Below, piece after piece: positions 30,873-46,166 of a stretch of 64,000 bases of DNA; the first letter of the stretch is position 1; every line of letters starts with the position of its first letter. The stretch lies in the NCBI RefSeq assembly GCF_009914755.1, contig NC_060934.1. The stretch is one strand, 5' to 3'. The notes beneath the pieces were generated by a model. That model was not told the DNA's origin and ran no database searches. It saw nothing but the letters and a program-made list of their open reading frames with translations. This DNA comes from the human T2T-CHM13v2.0 reference genome, Homo sapiens. The position numbers and the translations under genes are program-made.

Positions 30873-33589
30873 TCTGCCATTGGCCTCTAAGTAAAAGACC
30901 AGTGTCCGCAATTCTGGGAACTTTCAGAGAGAGGTAGTATTGGTATTCAGTAATATATGCCTTTCCTTTTCCCCAGCATCTAAACTAATCTAAGAAGTCT
31001 GGTTAACAACAAGAGCAGGCATTTAGAAATTTGGATGTCATTTATCAGTATACAAACAGAGAGAGCCTTGACAGGTCCCAACAAAAGCTCAGGTAATGAT
31101 TTTATGAATGCTACCCAACTAGGTAGAGTCTATACTGAAATGCAGATAACAACCTGTCTAATTTCTACATTACTCCCATTTACAGTTGCAAAAACTGAGA
31201 CCAGATGAAGTCAAGCAACTTCTCCAAACTGTTACACATTCCTGTGTCACCACCTCCCTTTGCTATCAGAGTATTTATCAATACTCAAAGATAATCAGTC
31301 ACAATACCTATCACATTCTGTTAGAACTGCGTATCTGTTACTAAGTTATAACCTATTTGTAAAGGGGAAGCCATCCCATTCATGCTCAACAAATCTTTGT
31401 TAAAAAAAAAAAAAGAAGGCATTTCTCACTATCCTACATACTCGTCAGCTCTCTGCATTAGTATTTTCATTCATTAGTTCAACAAATGTATATTAAGCAT
31501 TAAATACCTACTATGTAGCAGGCACATTGTTTGCCACCTGGGACACAAGAAGTTAAATGTCAATTAGATTCTCATGGAATGTATGCACAGGAGATAGACT
31601 AGTTCTGGGAAGAAATGTAAACTGCTATGGGGTAGGTGGGTGAATGATGAAATCTAGTCTTAAGAGTCCAGTAGAGATTACTGGAGTTGAAAAATGATAA
31701 GATGGGGAATTTGCAAGCTTGGGGGAGGGGCAAAGGGAAGGGGAAAAAAAACGACAGTACAGTACAGATAAAGGTCTCAAGTGGGGGTAAAAATGGGAAT
31801 TCTCTAGTTGGTCAGTGTTCCATGTTCTAGGCCACAGATGACAGGGCAAAGATAGGAGCTTCTTCAATAGGAGTAATTCTGAATTTAATAAACAGAAAAC
31901 AGCAAACTTTAAAATGGGGAATAATTATCTTTCTAGTTCCTCATGAGGCTCTCAGCTGTGAAAAAATAATCTGGTACAGTGATTCTCTAGTCTGACTTCA
32001 TATCAGAATCTTCTGAGCATTAAACAAATCTGATGCCCATGGTTGATCCCAGAGTTCAATTACTTAAAATCTCTGAAGATATGGCCTAAGCACAGGTCTT
32101 ATGAAAATGTTCTCCAGGTCATAAACTCCAGTCAAAACTGACGACTGCAGCAACTAAAGGCTAGGCAGTGCTACACTAGCTGTTTCCTCAGTGTCTTTCT
32201 GAAATGACCCTAAAACTTCCCATTGGCTGACTTTGTGACATTCAAATCTTAGCCTAAACATTTGTCCTCAGAGAGGACCCTCTGACTACACAATCTAAAG
32301 TAGCCACACTCAGTTAATTAATGTCTACCACACAGCACTCATCCCTATCTGACATCTGTCTTCTTGATTACTGTTAGTGAACCACTAGAATGGAAGTTCC
32401 AAGAAATCAGGGATCTTGCCTGTATTGTTCATGGCTGTTATTTCCAGTAGGATCTGAATAAACATTTCCTGGATGAAGGAAGAAAGTAAACCAGAAGGCA
32501 AGCAGGCATGGGGGTACCTCTCATATAAATGGAATTAAACAAAAAATAAATATTTTGAAGCTATAATTCTTATGGATTTGGATTGGATATAATTAAGGTA
32601 GACTGAAAAGCACATAGGGTATTTTTAAAATCTTTAACTTAAAACTATACACAGGCTGGCTTGAACTTCCAAGCAGGGCTCTACCTAGGAAGGAGACAAA
32701 AGAATAAAAAATATTTAGTCTGGACTAGAGTCAACAAAGGTGTCAGCAAAACATCTTCATGAAGAGGAAAAGGATGATGAAACTATATTCAACATTTCCA
32801 CGAATGGAAAAGAAGAAAAAAGAAAAAAAACAAAGACCCAGGTTAAAATATAGGGCAAATTAGAATTTAGCTTAGGCATAATGAAAAACTTTCAAGAGAA
32901 ATGCTGTGAGACTGGAACGGCCATCACAGATGAGACATAAAAGTGAAATCTGTGCAAGTCCTTAAGTCTAGTATGAAAATACTTCATTTGAATGGGTCGT
33001 GTACTACATAAAGGAAGATTAATATAAGGACAGCCAGAGTTTTCTTTGAGTCTTATAAATACATTAAAGTATCTTGAGTACTAGAGTTTTCTGCTCTGAA
33101 CTAATTTAGATCTAGTACCAGATGAAAATGAGCCAGAAGGATAAAACACTAGTAAAAACGTAAGCAAATCATTATTTTTAGGCAAAACGGAAATATGCTC
33201 ATACTTTTCCTTCTGTACAGAACATATGTTAAGGCCCATCAAGTGAATTAGTAATTCAGGCATAAAGGAAGTTTTTGAAGATAACCAAATTCAGGGGTTA
33301 TCTCCCTACAATGTACACTGAAATATGAGCTCAAAAGAAAATCTCCAAATGCCAGGACACCTTGATCAGCTTACCTGGACTGTCAATGTAAAACCAGCAA
33401 GGCACTGCTTTTTCACTGGTCTCTCAAAGCCAGTGTTACTTTCAGAATCCATAATTTCTGAAATCGAACCATCTCCCCAGTCATTCAGTGCTTAACATCA
33501 AAGATTTGGAAATATAATCATCCCCAAATGTAATTAATCACCAAGTCCTGTGAATTATTCCTTTGTAAGAAAGAAAAAAGGCTGGGGGA

Positions 33590-34010
33590 GGGGGGTGGGG
33601 ATTTATTGATTTAAAGAGATTTAAGAGACACATCGCAAATATAATGTATGAACCTTACTGAGTCCTAAGTCAAACAAATTGACTGTAAAAAAGATTATGA
33701 GACAATAAAGGAAACAGGAAATAGGAACACTGATCAGATGATATTTGGAAACGCTGCTAATACTTTCTAGGTATATGATGAAATTGTGATTACATTTTCA
33801 AAATGCCCTTATCTTTTAGAAATACACACTACAATATTGGCAGATTAAGTGATACTTTTGATTTGCTCCAAAATAATTCAAGAGAGGGTGGAGGTGGCAA
33901 TGAAGGAATAGATGAAATAAATGCATGAAAATTACTAAAGCTGGGTAATGGGTACACAGGGGTTCAATTACACTTTTTTCTTTAATGTGGCATGTCTGAA
34001 AACCCCCGTT
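33590..34010 (+). mobile_element. Old L1ME-type 3' UTR fragment
   Basis: gatttaaagagatttaagagaca...ccttatcttttagaaataca...gggtaatgggtacacagggg. Confidence 0.65.
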
Positions 34011-34763
34011 AAGTCATATTTCTATGTGTGGACATATGTATATTTTCTGATTTACTCTGCTCTGCTCTACAACTGTTGATGACTCCCAGGTGCCTAATTT
34101 AGGTACCTTAGCCTGGCCTTCAGGGTCCTGCACAGTCCTTCAGTTACCCTTTCCTCTACAAATACATCATCAGCACTTGCCCTTCCAAATCCTTTCTTTT
34201 ACTGCTTCTTCTCCTAGAAACGTCCTTCTCCATCCTACCTACTTTCTTCTTGAGCTACTCCTTCCTTTCCTCTTCCACATCTTCTATAGTAAAAAACCCA
34301 TGTCCTCCTAGGCCACTGACCAGACCACTGTATACCCTGGTTTGATGTAAAATGCCCCTAATCTTCCCCTAGCTCACAAGTTTTAAGTAGAAGATCCATG
34401 CAACTTCAGAGCTGAAAGCCTCACTCTAAGTAAAGCAGACGTGTTTGTTATTGCTATCGCGGTGGGTGGAAGGCGGTGGGTCTGCTCCTCTGCATTGGTC
34501 TTCACTCTGCAGTTTTTATAGTGGGCTACGCATACTCAGGAAACATCAAAGAGTTTCATTAACGAGAGTCATAAAACTTTTTTTTAAAGGGAAATTCTGA
34601 AATATACTTAAATCTCACAATAATGCAATGGATTACAAGAGCAGAAGAGGCTGTGGTTCTCATTACAGAGAGCTTAATTTCTGAGGCAGCAAAGAGATTT
34701 CCTATTAACCCATTCGTCCTTCCTTCAAAGCTTCAAACCCAGTGCCCTGAGATAAAAATTTTA

Positions 34764-35021
<258 letters not shown>

Positions 35022-35999
35022 CTATCAAAAAATTACAAATATTGAAAGAAAAACTACTTTTAAAACACTATACAATTTTTACTAAAGAAATAATAAAACC
35101 CTCTACATAATTTTAAGCAAATGCATCTAAGTTCAGGTTTTACACTTTATTGGACAAAGTAGCTGATCTAAACTTCAAGCAGCATAAAATTAAAGAGATC
35201 TACAGTGTCCTGTTATTATTCATCATGCCCTATGGTTCTCAAAGAATCTGGGCTTAACAGGTTAAAAACAGTACAGCACATTTTAGAAAACTCAAAAGCC
35301 AATAAATTACAGGACGAATAACTATTATTATGACCATTTACATGCAAAGACTTTCAGCTGCATATGACATCTAATTCATTCCTTTATCTAGGCACAACTT
35401 TAATATTGATTTCCCCTAAAACTAGACAGCAGGAAATACCATGTTATCTCACCACATTTTCTGTATTTGTTGGAATAAGCCAGGTAACTCAAACGTAAGA
35501 AGTTGTCAGTCTCTCCACTATAACGCCTATGCATGAATTTTTTTTCATTTGCATCCTGATAAATCTTGGCACAGAATTTCATTCTACTTGCCCAGCTAAA
35601 TGACTAGTTTGAAAGTGCTTAGTAAAACTTCAGTATATTTCTAAAGTATGAGGAAAGTAGTTTTGTTTTTATGTTTGTTTCTTGAAGGTATTCTTTTCTT
35701 TATTAGTAGCAATTGATGCTTGAAATTCTAAAGAAATGTATTTGTAATGCAATATTCTGTGCATTTTTCTACTTCAAATTTAAATCCTTAAAGAATTATT
35801 ACCGTAAGAATTCATTTTTAAATTAAAATTATTTCTAAATCCAACCAGACTAAACAATATTAGCCTATAACAGAATAAATCCTATTTCCAGAATTAATCC
35901 ACTCTCAAAGTTCAAACTGAGGAAAGAATGCACTGACACAAGCAAGCGTAAGACCACCAATTCCGAGAAGGCCCACCCAGCCAGGGTACCAATCCACTT

Positions 36000-36830
36000 G
36001 GTCCTGCCCACGTCAGTTCATTTCATCACCTCTCTCCGGATTTGTTCTGGCCCCAAACCTTGGAGTCACCCTTAATTCTTTTCTTCTCATCCCAATGTCC
36101 AATCCATCAGCAGGTCTTTTGGGCTTTCTCTCTAAAATATGTCTTGAATCTGACCACTTCTTACCACCTCCACCTCAGATATTCTGGGTCAAGCAGCATT
36201 ATGGTGCCCTTGGATGACTGCAGCAGCTTCCCAGCAGCCTCCTGTTTCCACTCTTACCCCTCCATAATCTCCACAGAACAGGCCAAGTAATCTTTTACAA
36301 TATTAATCAGATCTCCCAATCCCCCACCCCAGCAGTGGGTTGGCACCACATATAAATAAAACCCAACCTCCCCACCCTCCTACAAGTGCTATTCCACCTG
36401 CCTCCTTCTCACCAACTCCACCTGCCTCCTTCTCACCAGCTCACTCCACCTGCCTCCTTCTCACCAACTCCACCTGCCTCTGTGCCCCTTGCATAAGGCT
36501 CTCTACGTCCTTCCCTACACCCGAGCCCAAAAGGCATTTTTGTTTTTCCTGGCCACCTCGAGGCACTTAGATTTGCTAACCTTCACTTGAACTTCTTCCT
36601 ACCCTCAGATTTTTACATGACTGATTCCTTTTCTTCTTCCTTTGCCCCTGAAATGTCACCTGTTCTCTACGAGGAAAGACCAATCTATATAAAACAGGCT
36701 TCATGCCCACCACCTCTAATTTTATTTGTGTCACAGTGCTAGGGAGTATCTGAAATTAAGTTGTCTGTTTTATTATTTATGGTCTGCTTGGACAAACCAG
36801 AAACCTGTCTTATTCATGTCTATGAGTGTA
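36000..36830 (+). mobile_element. L2 fragment
   Basis: ccaaaccttggagtcacccttaattc...tccaatccatcagcaggtc...ctccacagaacaggcc. Confidence 0.65.
36393..36480. repeat. 24-bp minisatellite, about 3.5 copies of tccacctgcctccttctcaccaac
   Basis: Units of 24, 28, 24 and 12 (partial) nt read directly. Confidence 0.92.
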
Positions 36831-38450
36831 ATTACCTTTTTAAAATGTATCTTTCTAAAAATATGCAAACAAATGCCATGCTCATGATCCCCAATTCAAA
36901 CAATTCTTATATCTACAGGCTATGGATAAGCAGAGGCTGATTACAAAAATGAATTAAAAAAATAAAAAAATAAAAATCTACAGGCTACATTATATAAATC
37001 TAAAAACATAAAACTATATTGATTGTTGGATTGCTTAAGAAACTTAAGAAATTGAGGGTAAAATATTTCACCAAAATACATTAAAATCAATAACAGAATT
37101 AGCAACTGGTAACCTACTTTCTCCAATTTTGCTTCAAGAGGTCAATCCCCTGGCTGCCTTTCCTTTTCTATAAACTCCGCAACTCATCTTCTCAAGAGCA
37201 CCAAAAGGAAGTGACAAGACCGCAGAGCAGCCGCAACCATCCCACCCTCAACTGGCAAACCTTTCATGACCTCAGGCTCCTCTCCTGCTCCCTCCCGGCT
37301 CTCCAGCTCTAGTATTTGCAGGGATATACAAGGTGATCAATAGAACTCTTGCTAATTTTGCTGGGAATTAATTATTTACCATATCAATATCTAAACTATC
37401 ACTCAGTTTATTGAGCCATGAAATATTTCAGACACAGGCCAGAGCTTATTATGTAGAAATAAATTTCACCCTTAAAAATCCATCTGAGAAGCCTAGAAAA
37501 ATCTATAACACATTGTGAAGTGATAATACAAAAATAAAACCAAACAAAACAAAAAACCAGCAATTATTTGAAAGTATTGACTGATTTAGGTACAAAGAAA
37601 ATATATCTTTTCTGAAATAAAACTTCTGAAGTTATGTAATAATGGCAAAATCTAAAGTTATAAAACATGAATACTTTAAATTATCAATTTCAATTTCAGT
37701 GAGAGCACCAACAGCCATAAATATTTTTAAACTACTTTATACAAAAATGTGATTAAATACATAAGAATAAAAAGACTGTTATGGAGATCTATTGTAAATA
37801 TTACCTAATTGTGGATTTGTTAAAAATTGGCATTAAGAAAAAAGTCAAGTTGAAAATGCTAAGACAAAGAACTTTATATTGTGGGCCACTGAAACACACA
37901 CAAAAAAATCACTTATGGACCAGATTGTTAAAAACATTAAATTGCTGATTTAATGAAAAATTTCAACTCTTTTATAATTCATAAAAAAGCACATACACAA
38001 AAATAATCTGGCAGTACATTTTACTGTGACGTGAAAACGTGACCATCAGACATGAAGACTGAGAGATGAAAAGAGAAAAGTATGACACAATAGTAAACAG
38101 TGAGAAAAAGAGAGACTCAAGCTCCCAGATAAACAAAAGAAAAATAGTTCCCAACCCTCCTTCCCCTCCTCCACCACATATACACATAGACAAACAGAAA
38201 TAAATAGAGAAAACTGGAGGAAGACTCCAATCTTCTCACCATTAAAAATGTTTTGTGCTGCATACATATGTTTGCAGCCATGGACACAAAAGGGAAATTA
38301 TCTTTTGATGAGGGTCATAAATTCAACCAGTCGGCCAGGGATTCCCCAGGTCTGTTCTGTATACATGTATATTTCTTCCAGTAGCCTCATATTACTTTGA
38401 TTCATTTACACCGCATTAACTTAACGTTTAATTAATAGTAAAAAATATAA

Positions 38451-38587
38451 AGCTGAATGCAGTAGTACAAGCCTGTAATTACAGGTACCTGAAAGGCTGA
38501 GGAAGGAGGATCACTTGAGCCCAGGAGTTCGAGACCAACCTGGGCAACACAGCAAGACCCCATCTCATTTGAAAAGGAAAAAAGAAA
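38451..38587 (+). mobile_element. FLAM (free left Alu monomer)
   Basis: Single monomer ...gagcccaggagttcgagaccaacctgggcaacacagcaagacccc plus A-rich tail. Confidence 0.85.
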
Positions 38588-39180
38588 GTAGAAGATAATG
38601 ATGACAAGAATATAAGTCATATAACGTTTAAGGAATATAAGTAGTTCTGAAGGGGGCCTTAAATAAATGTATAAACAACAAAAGCTACCCACAAATACAA
38701 TGACTTCTTAACTAGATGGATACCTTAAAAAGCTAGAGAATTACCATCAGACACTGGCATCAGTTCTAAAGATAGTACCTTATAAATACAATATAAAAGT
38801 ACTAGAGATTATAGATTATAGATACTAGTTATACATAATATTTACTTATATATTACATAACTATATACTTATATAATATGTATATTTCCTATAAACTAGT
38901 TAAATGATGTTTATTTTAAAATTCAATGTGACTTTAAATATATTCTTAAATGAAAATTACAAATTATATATAAGTATATATTATATAGGAGTATTTAACT
39001 CATATAGAATACCTATTACCTATTATATAGTAGTATGTATTCTATGTAAGAGACTAGCAACAAATCATTATAATACACTGTCAATTAGGACTTCTACTGT
39101 TACATAATTAAATATAATCAAATGAGTAATTATTTGAAGTTCTATATAACCCACTACAATAACGGCAAAAAGCAGTCTTA

Positions 39181-39363
<183 letters not shown>

Positions 39364-39673
39364 CTAAGAAAAAGCAGAGGCACAAACAGCCATTTTTTTA
39401 ATATTAAAATAATCTTATAATTAATATATACTTTCATTTTCCTCAGGTTAATAAGTCCTTAACTTTCCTCTTTGTTTCCATCATCATCCCTAGTCACACC
39501 CTATATTAAGCTGCAAAACTTTTTCATCATAGAAATACTGACTAAATACAAAATTCAAAAAGAGAAATCAATTTATGTTTTCTTCAATTTACTTGTTTTA
39601 ATACTTGACAGTAGGAAATACAGCATTTTACAGGATAAGAAAATCACTATTAAACTATGTCCTTCCATTTCTA

Positions 39674-40035
39674 TACTACTCAGGCATAAAAAGGAACAAA
39701 ATAATGGCATTCGCAGCAACCTGGATAGAGTTGAGGACCATTATTCTAAGTGAAGTCACCCAGGAATGGAACACCAAACACTGTATCTTCTCACTTATAA
39801 GAGGGAGCTAAGCTATGAGGACACAAAAACATAAGAATGACACAATGGACTTTGGGGACTTAGACGGAAGGGCAAGAGTGGGTAAGGGATAAAAGACTAC
39901 ACATTGGGTACAGTGTACACTGCTTGGGTGACGGCTGCACCAAAATCTCAGAAATCACCACTAAAGGACTTACCCAAACACCACCTGTTCCCCAGAAACC
40001 TACTGAAATAAAATAAATAAAATAAAAAAATAAAA
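39674..40035 (+). mobile_element. L1PB-type 3' end
   Basis: cataaaaaggaacaaaataatggcattcgcagcaacctgg...gggataaaagactacacattgggtacag plus A tail. Confidence 0.88.
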
Positions 40036-42220
40036 ACTATGTTCTTCTATTTCACACAAAGGTTAGGAAAGAAATGCATGAGAAAAATATGAGGAACATA
40101 AAAGAAAAGGGTGAGGTGAGATACTGCCAGTTAAGCCTGTTCTGTGAGTGCCTCAGCTCTGAGAAGGTACACAATCCCATTGTATCTTCTAGGTGAGAGT
40201 TCTTGTGTAAGTACAAAGGACTATGATACTTCTCCTTATTAGTCAAAGGAAAACAAAGTTATTCTTCATTATTATCTTAATTTAACTATAACTTCACAGG
40301 AAAAATCTAGAGATTTCAGAATATAACCATCTTCCTGTAAATATAGCTAGTTAAATGACATTTCTCATTTTAAAATTCAACATTTTAAATATAACTGATC
40401 TTAAATGAAAACCATATAAAGAACAGTATCAAGCAGCATAAAACAGCCTTTCCTGGAGACTGAGTGAATGTTAGAGATTACTAATTCAAGTGAACAAATA
40501 TAATACTACTTGTACATCATTTTCACACAGCTAAAATCAGAGAATTATATGAATAAAAGCTAGAAGAGAATAAAAAAAAATGAGAACAGGTTGAATAACA
40601 CCAAAACCAAGCAAAAAAATCAAGAAAATAAATCTACAAATCAATCTCCCATGAACACAGATGCAAAAATCCTCAACAAAATATTAGCAAATCAAATCCA
40701 ACAATATATAAAAAGAATTATACCATGAACAAAAGAGAAATTTATTCCAGGTGTGCAAGGCTGACTTCACATTAGAAAAGCAGCTTTTTAAAAGGCAATT
40801 AATGAACAATCAATGTAATTCACCACATCAATAGGTCAAAAGAAGAAGTATCATATGATCATATCAATTGATGCAGGAAACATTACTGGCAAGACCCAAC
40901 ACCTATTCATGACTAATCACTCTTAACAAACTGGGAACAGAGGAAAGTTTTCTCAATTAGCTAAATAATATATATGCAAAAACCCACAGCTCACAGCATA
41001 CTCACTAGTAAGAAAGAACAAGGTAAGGATATCCTCTCTCATCACTCCTAGTCAACATCATATTAGAAAGCTTAGCTTGTGCAATAAGAAAAGGAAATAA
41101 AAGGTGTATAGACTGGAAAGGAGGAAAAGCCTGTCTTTCTTTATAGATACCATGACTGAGGTAGGTTAAAACAAACAAACAAAAATCAGTAACAACAAAA
41201 AACTGAAATAAGCAATTACAGCAAGGTCCCAGAATACAAGGGTAATATACAAAAGTCAGGTGCTTTTCTATATACCAACAATGACTGGAATTTGGAATAC
41301 CATTTGCAATACAACAAAAAATGAAATGTTTAGTTATAAATCAAACAAAATATACACAGAAAACTACAAAACTCCGACAAAAGGAATCAAAGATCTAAAA
41401 AACCAGAAAAATATTATGTGTGCATGGATTAGAAGACAATATTGTCATGATCTCAGTTTTTCCTAAGTTGATATATACATTTAATGTAATCACAATCAAA
41501 ATCTCAGCAAGCTATTTTGCAGCTATCAAAAAACTGATTCTAAAGTTTATGTAGAGACAAAAGTCTCAGACTAGCGAACCCAATACTGTGGAAGAAAAAA
41601 GTTGGAAAAAACTGTTGACACTCCCAATGTCAACACTTGCTATAAACCTGTAATAATCAAGATGGAGTGATATTGGTGAAAGAACAGACATAGGTCAAGG
41701 TCAATGAGATAAAACAGACACACACAAATATAGTCAAATGACCTTTGACAAAGCAGCAAAGGCAATGCAATAGAGAAAGAATACTCTTTACAATAAATGG
41801 TGCTGTAACAACCAGATATCCATACGCAAAAAAAAAAAGGAATCCAGACACACACCTCACACCTTTCACAAAAATTAACTCAAAATGGATCATAAACCTA
41901 AATATAAAATGAGAAATTAGAAAACTTCCAGATGATAATATAAAAGAAAATCTAGGTGAACTTAGGTTTGTCAATGAGTTTTTAGATAAAACACCAAAAG
42001 CACAATTCATGAAACAAAAAAACTGCTAAGTTGTACTTTATTAAAACTAAAAACTTCTGCTCTGTGAAAAACATTGTTAAAATAAAAACTCAAGTCACAG
42101 ACTGGGAGAAAATCTTGTAAAAGACATATCTGATAAAGAATTGGTATCCAAAATATACAAAGACTTTCAAAATTCAACAACAAGAACACAAACTACCCAA
42201 TTAAAAAGTAGGCAAAATAT

Positions 42221-42370
42221 TGGGTGTCATGGCTTATGCCTCTAACCCCAGTGCTTTGGGAGGCCGACGTGGGAGGATCCTCTGAGCCCAGGAGTTCAAG
42301 GCTGCAGTGAGCTAAGATCGTGCCACTGCACTTCAGCCTATGCAAGACCCTGTCTTTATTTTTAAAAATA
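42221..42370 (+). mobile_element. Alu monomer (FRAM/FAM-like)
   Basis: Single monomer with gagttcaaggctgcagtgagct. Confidence 0.8.
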
Positions 42371-42950
42371 AGGGAGAAGGGGCAAATGATGTGAACAGAC
42401 ACCTCACCCCAAGATGTACAAATGGCAAACAAACATATGAAAAGATGCTCAATATCACTTACCATTAGGGAACTGCAAATTAAAACAATGAGATAATACC
42501 ACAAAACTACTAGAATGGCTGAAATCCAAAAACTGAATAAATACCAAATGCTGGTAAGGATGCAGAGTAATAGGAACTCTCATTCAGATGGTGGGAATGT
42601 AAAATGGTATAGATGATTTAGGAGCTGCTCATAAAATTAAAGATCTCAACATAAAAAAGAGCAATCACATTCCTAGGGATTCATCCAATTGATTTGAAAA
42701 CTTATGTCACACAAAAACCTAAAACCCTATAAGTGAATGTTTATAACAGTTTTATTGATAACCACACAAAACTGGAAGCAACCAAGATGTCCTTCAATAG
42801 GCAAATGGATAAACTATGGTACATCCATACAATGAAAGATTACTCAGCAATAAATAGAATAACTATCAAGACACACACACGAGAAACTTTACATATTGCT
42901 AAGTGAAAGATGCCGATCTGAAAAGGCTATATCCTGCACGATTCCAATTA

Positions 42951-43298
42951 TAGGCATGTCTCATTTAATTGCACTTTGTTTTATTTTGCTTCACAGATAA
43001 TGAGTTTAAAAAAAAAAAAAGAAGGTTTGTGGCAACCCCACTAGAAAGTCTATTGGGGCAATTTTTCTAAGCATGTGCTCACGTCATTAGCATTTTTTAG
43101 CAATAAAGCATTTTTTATTTAAGGTATGTAAGTTGTTTTTTCAGATATAATGTTACTGCACACTTAAGAGACTACAGTGTAAACACAACCTTTATATGCT
43201 CTGGGAAACCAAAAATTTTGTGCAAGTGACTTTATCATGATATTTACTTTATTGCAATGGTCTGGAACCAAATCTACACTATCTCCAAGGTATGCCTG
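42951..43298 (+). mobile_element. Internally deleted Tigger1 (Tc1/mariner)
   Basis: Both termini present: taggcatgtctc... and ...ggtctggaaccaaatctacactatctccaaggtatgcctg. Confidence 0.85.
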
Positions 43299-44699
43299 AA
43301 GACTCTGTAAAAGGCAAAACTACAGTGACAGTAAAAAGATTAGTGTTGGCAGGAGTTTGTGGGCTATTAGGGGAATGATGAATAGATGAAGCACAGGGAC
43401 TTTTAGGTGGTGAAACTATTCTATATGATATTGCAGCAATAACAGATCAGTAAAAACCCACAGAACATTACAACACAAAAGAATGAACTGTAATGCATAC
43501 AAATTTTTAAAAAATCATTTAGGAGTTTGCAGCATCCCAGGAAGAAACACAAGCTGTGACAAGTGAATCTAACTATATTACAAATGTATGAAACTACCTT
43601 ACTGAAACTGCTGAGGGAGGGGAAAGCTGCTGACCTAAGCAACTCTGGAAATGAAAGCGGTTTCTAAGAATGAAGGTAACAGGAACTCTGCACCTAAGCA
43701 CCGTATCCTACTTGATAAAGTTGTTTCCCACAGAGTTACTGGTTAACAATTCTGATACTTCTACACACGAATACTGGAGGTGACCAATTCAGTAAATGGA
43801 TGGCAGACAGTAAGAATCAGGTTTCTTACAGTTACAGTGGGAATTTACAGATAAGCAAGGGAAAAAAGGTAGAAAGATTCATGTGCTAATGGATTAGAGT
43901 TGGAAACACTAATAAGAACTCATGTTTAGCTTAGTATAGATGCACAGTTACACAAAGAAATATTTATAAATGTGCATAGATTATAGATATGTGCATATAT
44001 ATGCATTAGCATACACACATATTTCTTTGTTCTGTCAGCTGAGAGGGTCTAGAAGAAACACCACCCCAGGAGCAATGAGCATTCCTAGCACCCAGATCTT
44101 GGTGTCTAACACTATTCTGCAATAAAAGAAACCAGGGCCCCCAAGGAGAAATAGCTGATTCCAGAACTCAGGCAGGAAATATACAAGATCAGCCTGAAGT
44201 ACCAGAAAGTAAAGTAGCACTATTCAAAAAAAAAAAAAAACCCAAAACCAAAATACCCAACATTGAGGGGGTATACCAATGGAGCACAGAAGTCTATTGA
44301 AAGAGCAACCAATGCACAAAGCCAGAACAATCTGAGCAACAAAATAAAACAGTACTGACTTTATAATCCCAAGTATGAGATAAATATTCATTAGTCCACA
44401 CTGATATATATGATTGAATAAATTAATAAATGAGGCAGAAGACACAAATCTCCCATGCAGAAGAATTCCAGACAGTTTATGTAGCTATTCTGCCCTAAAG
44501 GTAGGGGAGCATAACTCCCTACTACTTAAGTGCAGGCTGCACACAACTCCCTTCCAAAGAGTATTGTATGAAAGGAGGAAAATGGATTAATTGTGGAGAT
44601 TATCAAGGTTAACAACCACCACAAGAGAGGATTTACTAAGGTGCTAGCAGTATCAGCAATTTCTCAAACTTCCATTGGTGGTGTTAAAATGCTGTTTGG

Positions 44700-44797
44700 G
44701 GCTGGTCTGAGGGCAGTGGTGTTTACGACTAACTGATAACAACCAGTACAGATTTCTTTGTTCCTTCTCCATTCCCGCTGCTTCATTTGACTAGCCT
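44700..44797 (+). pseudogene. Y3 RNA (RNY3-derived) retropseudogene
   Basis: ggctggtctgagggcagtggtgtttac...gatttctttgttccttctcc...ttgactagcct is about 90% like hY3 by eye; (TAAA)n tail at 44801-44824; degenerate TSD taaaatgctgtttggg / taaaatgttatctggg. Confidence 0.93.
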
Positions 44798-45246
44798 GCC
44801 TAAATAAATAAATAAATAAATAAAATGTTATCTGGGCAATAAATACATCTTTAAAGTATTTCCATGAATGATAAGTTATGTCAAAAACCAGTTTTAGTAT
44901 TCACTGTCATATACAGCATGGCTCTTTAAAAAAAGTCTTTATTTCCATAGAAACAGATACAATACAAAGAGTAAAGCAGGTGAGCAAAAAGAAGCACTAA
45001 CCAAAAGAAAACTGGAAGAAATGTTAACCTCTTATAACTACAACAGTGAATGGACACCAATATTCTATCTAACATGCTATTGAACTGGAAGCCTAACCAC
45101 CTACCTCAGAAATCAGAAGGCTCAACTATGTAACAAGAAATAAACAAGTTTCTACATATTAGTGAATTTTATGAAAACCATCTTTTAAAAATGTAAGCCT
45201 CAAGGCTGATAGGAATGAGACTACCTGTCTTTAAAAATAATCATGC

Positions 45247-46166
<920 letters not shown>

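Larger units (their letters stand above)
40630..44620 (+). mobile_element. Large degenerate L1MC-type element (ORF2 relic plus long 3' UTR) with nested Alu monomer and Tigger1 derivative
   Basis: gatgcaaaaatcctcaacaaaatattagcaaa (RT region), aaaattaactcaaaatggatcata, and L1MC 3' UTR motif agcacccagatcttgg; no open frame. Confidence 0.85.

Noticed and set aside
40630-42900. L1 ORF2 reverse transcriptase as a functional CDS
   Set aside because: Many stops, frameshifts and deletions plus nested insertions
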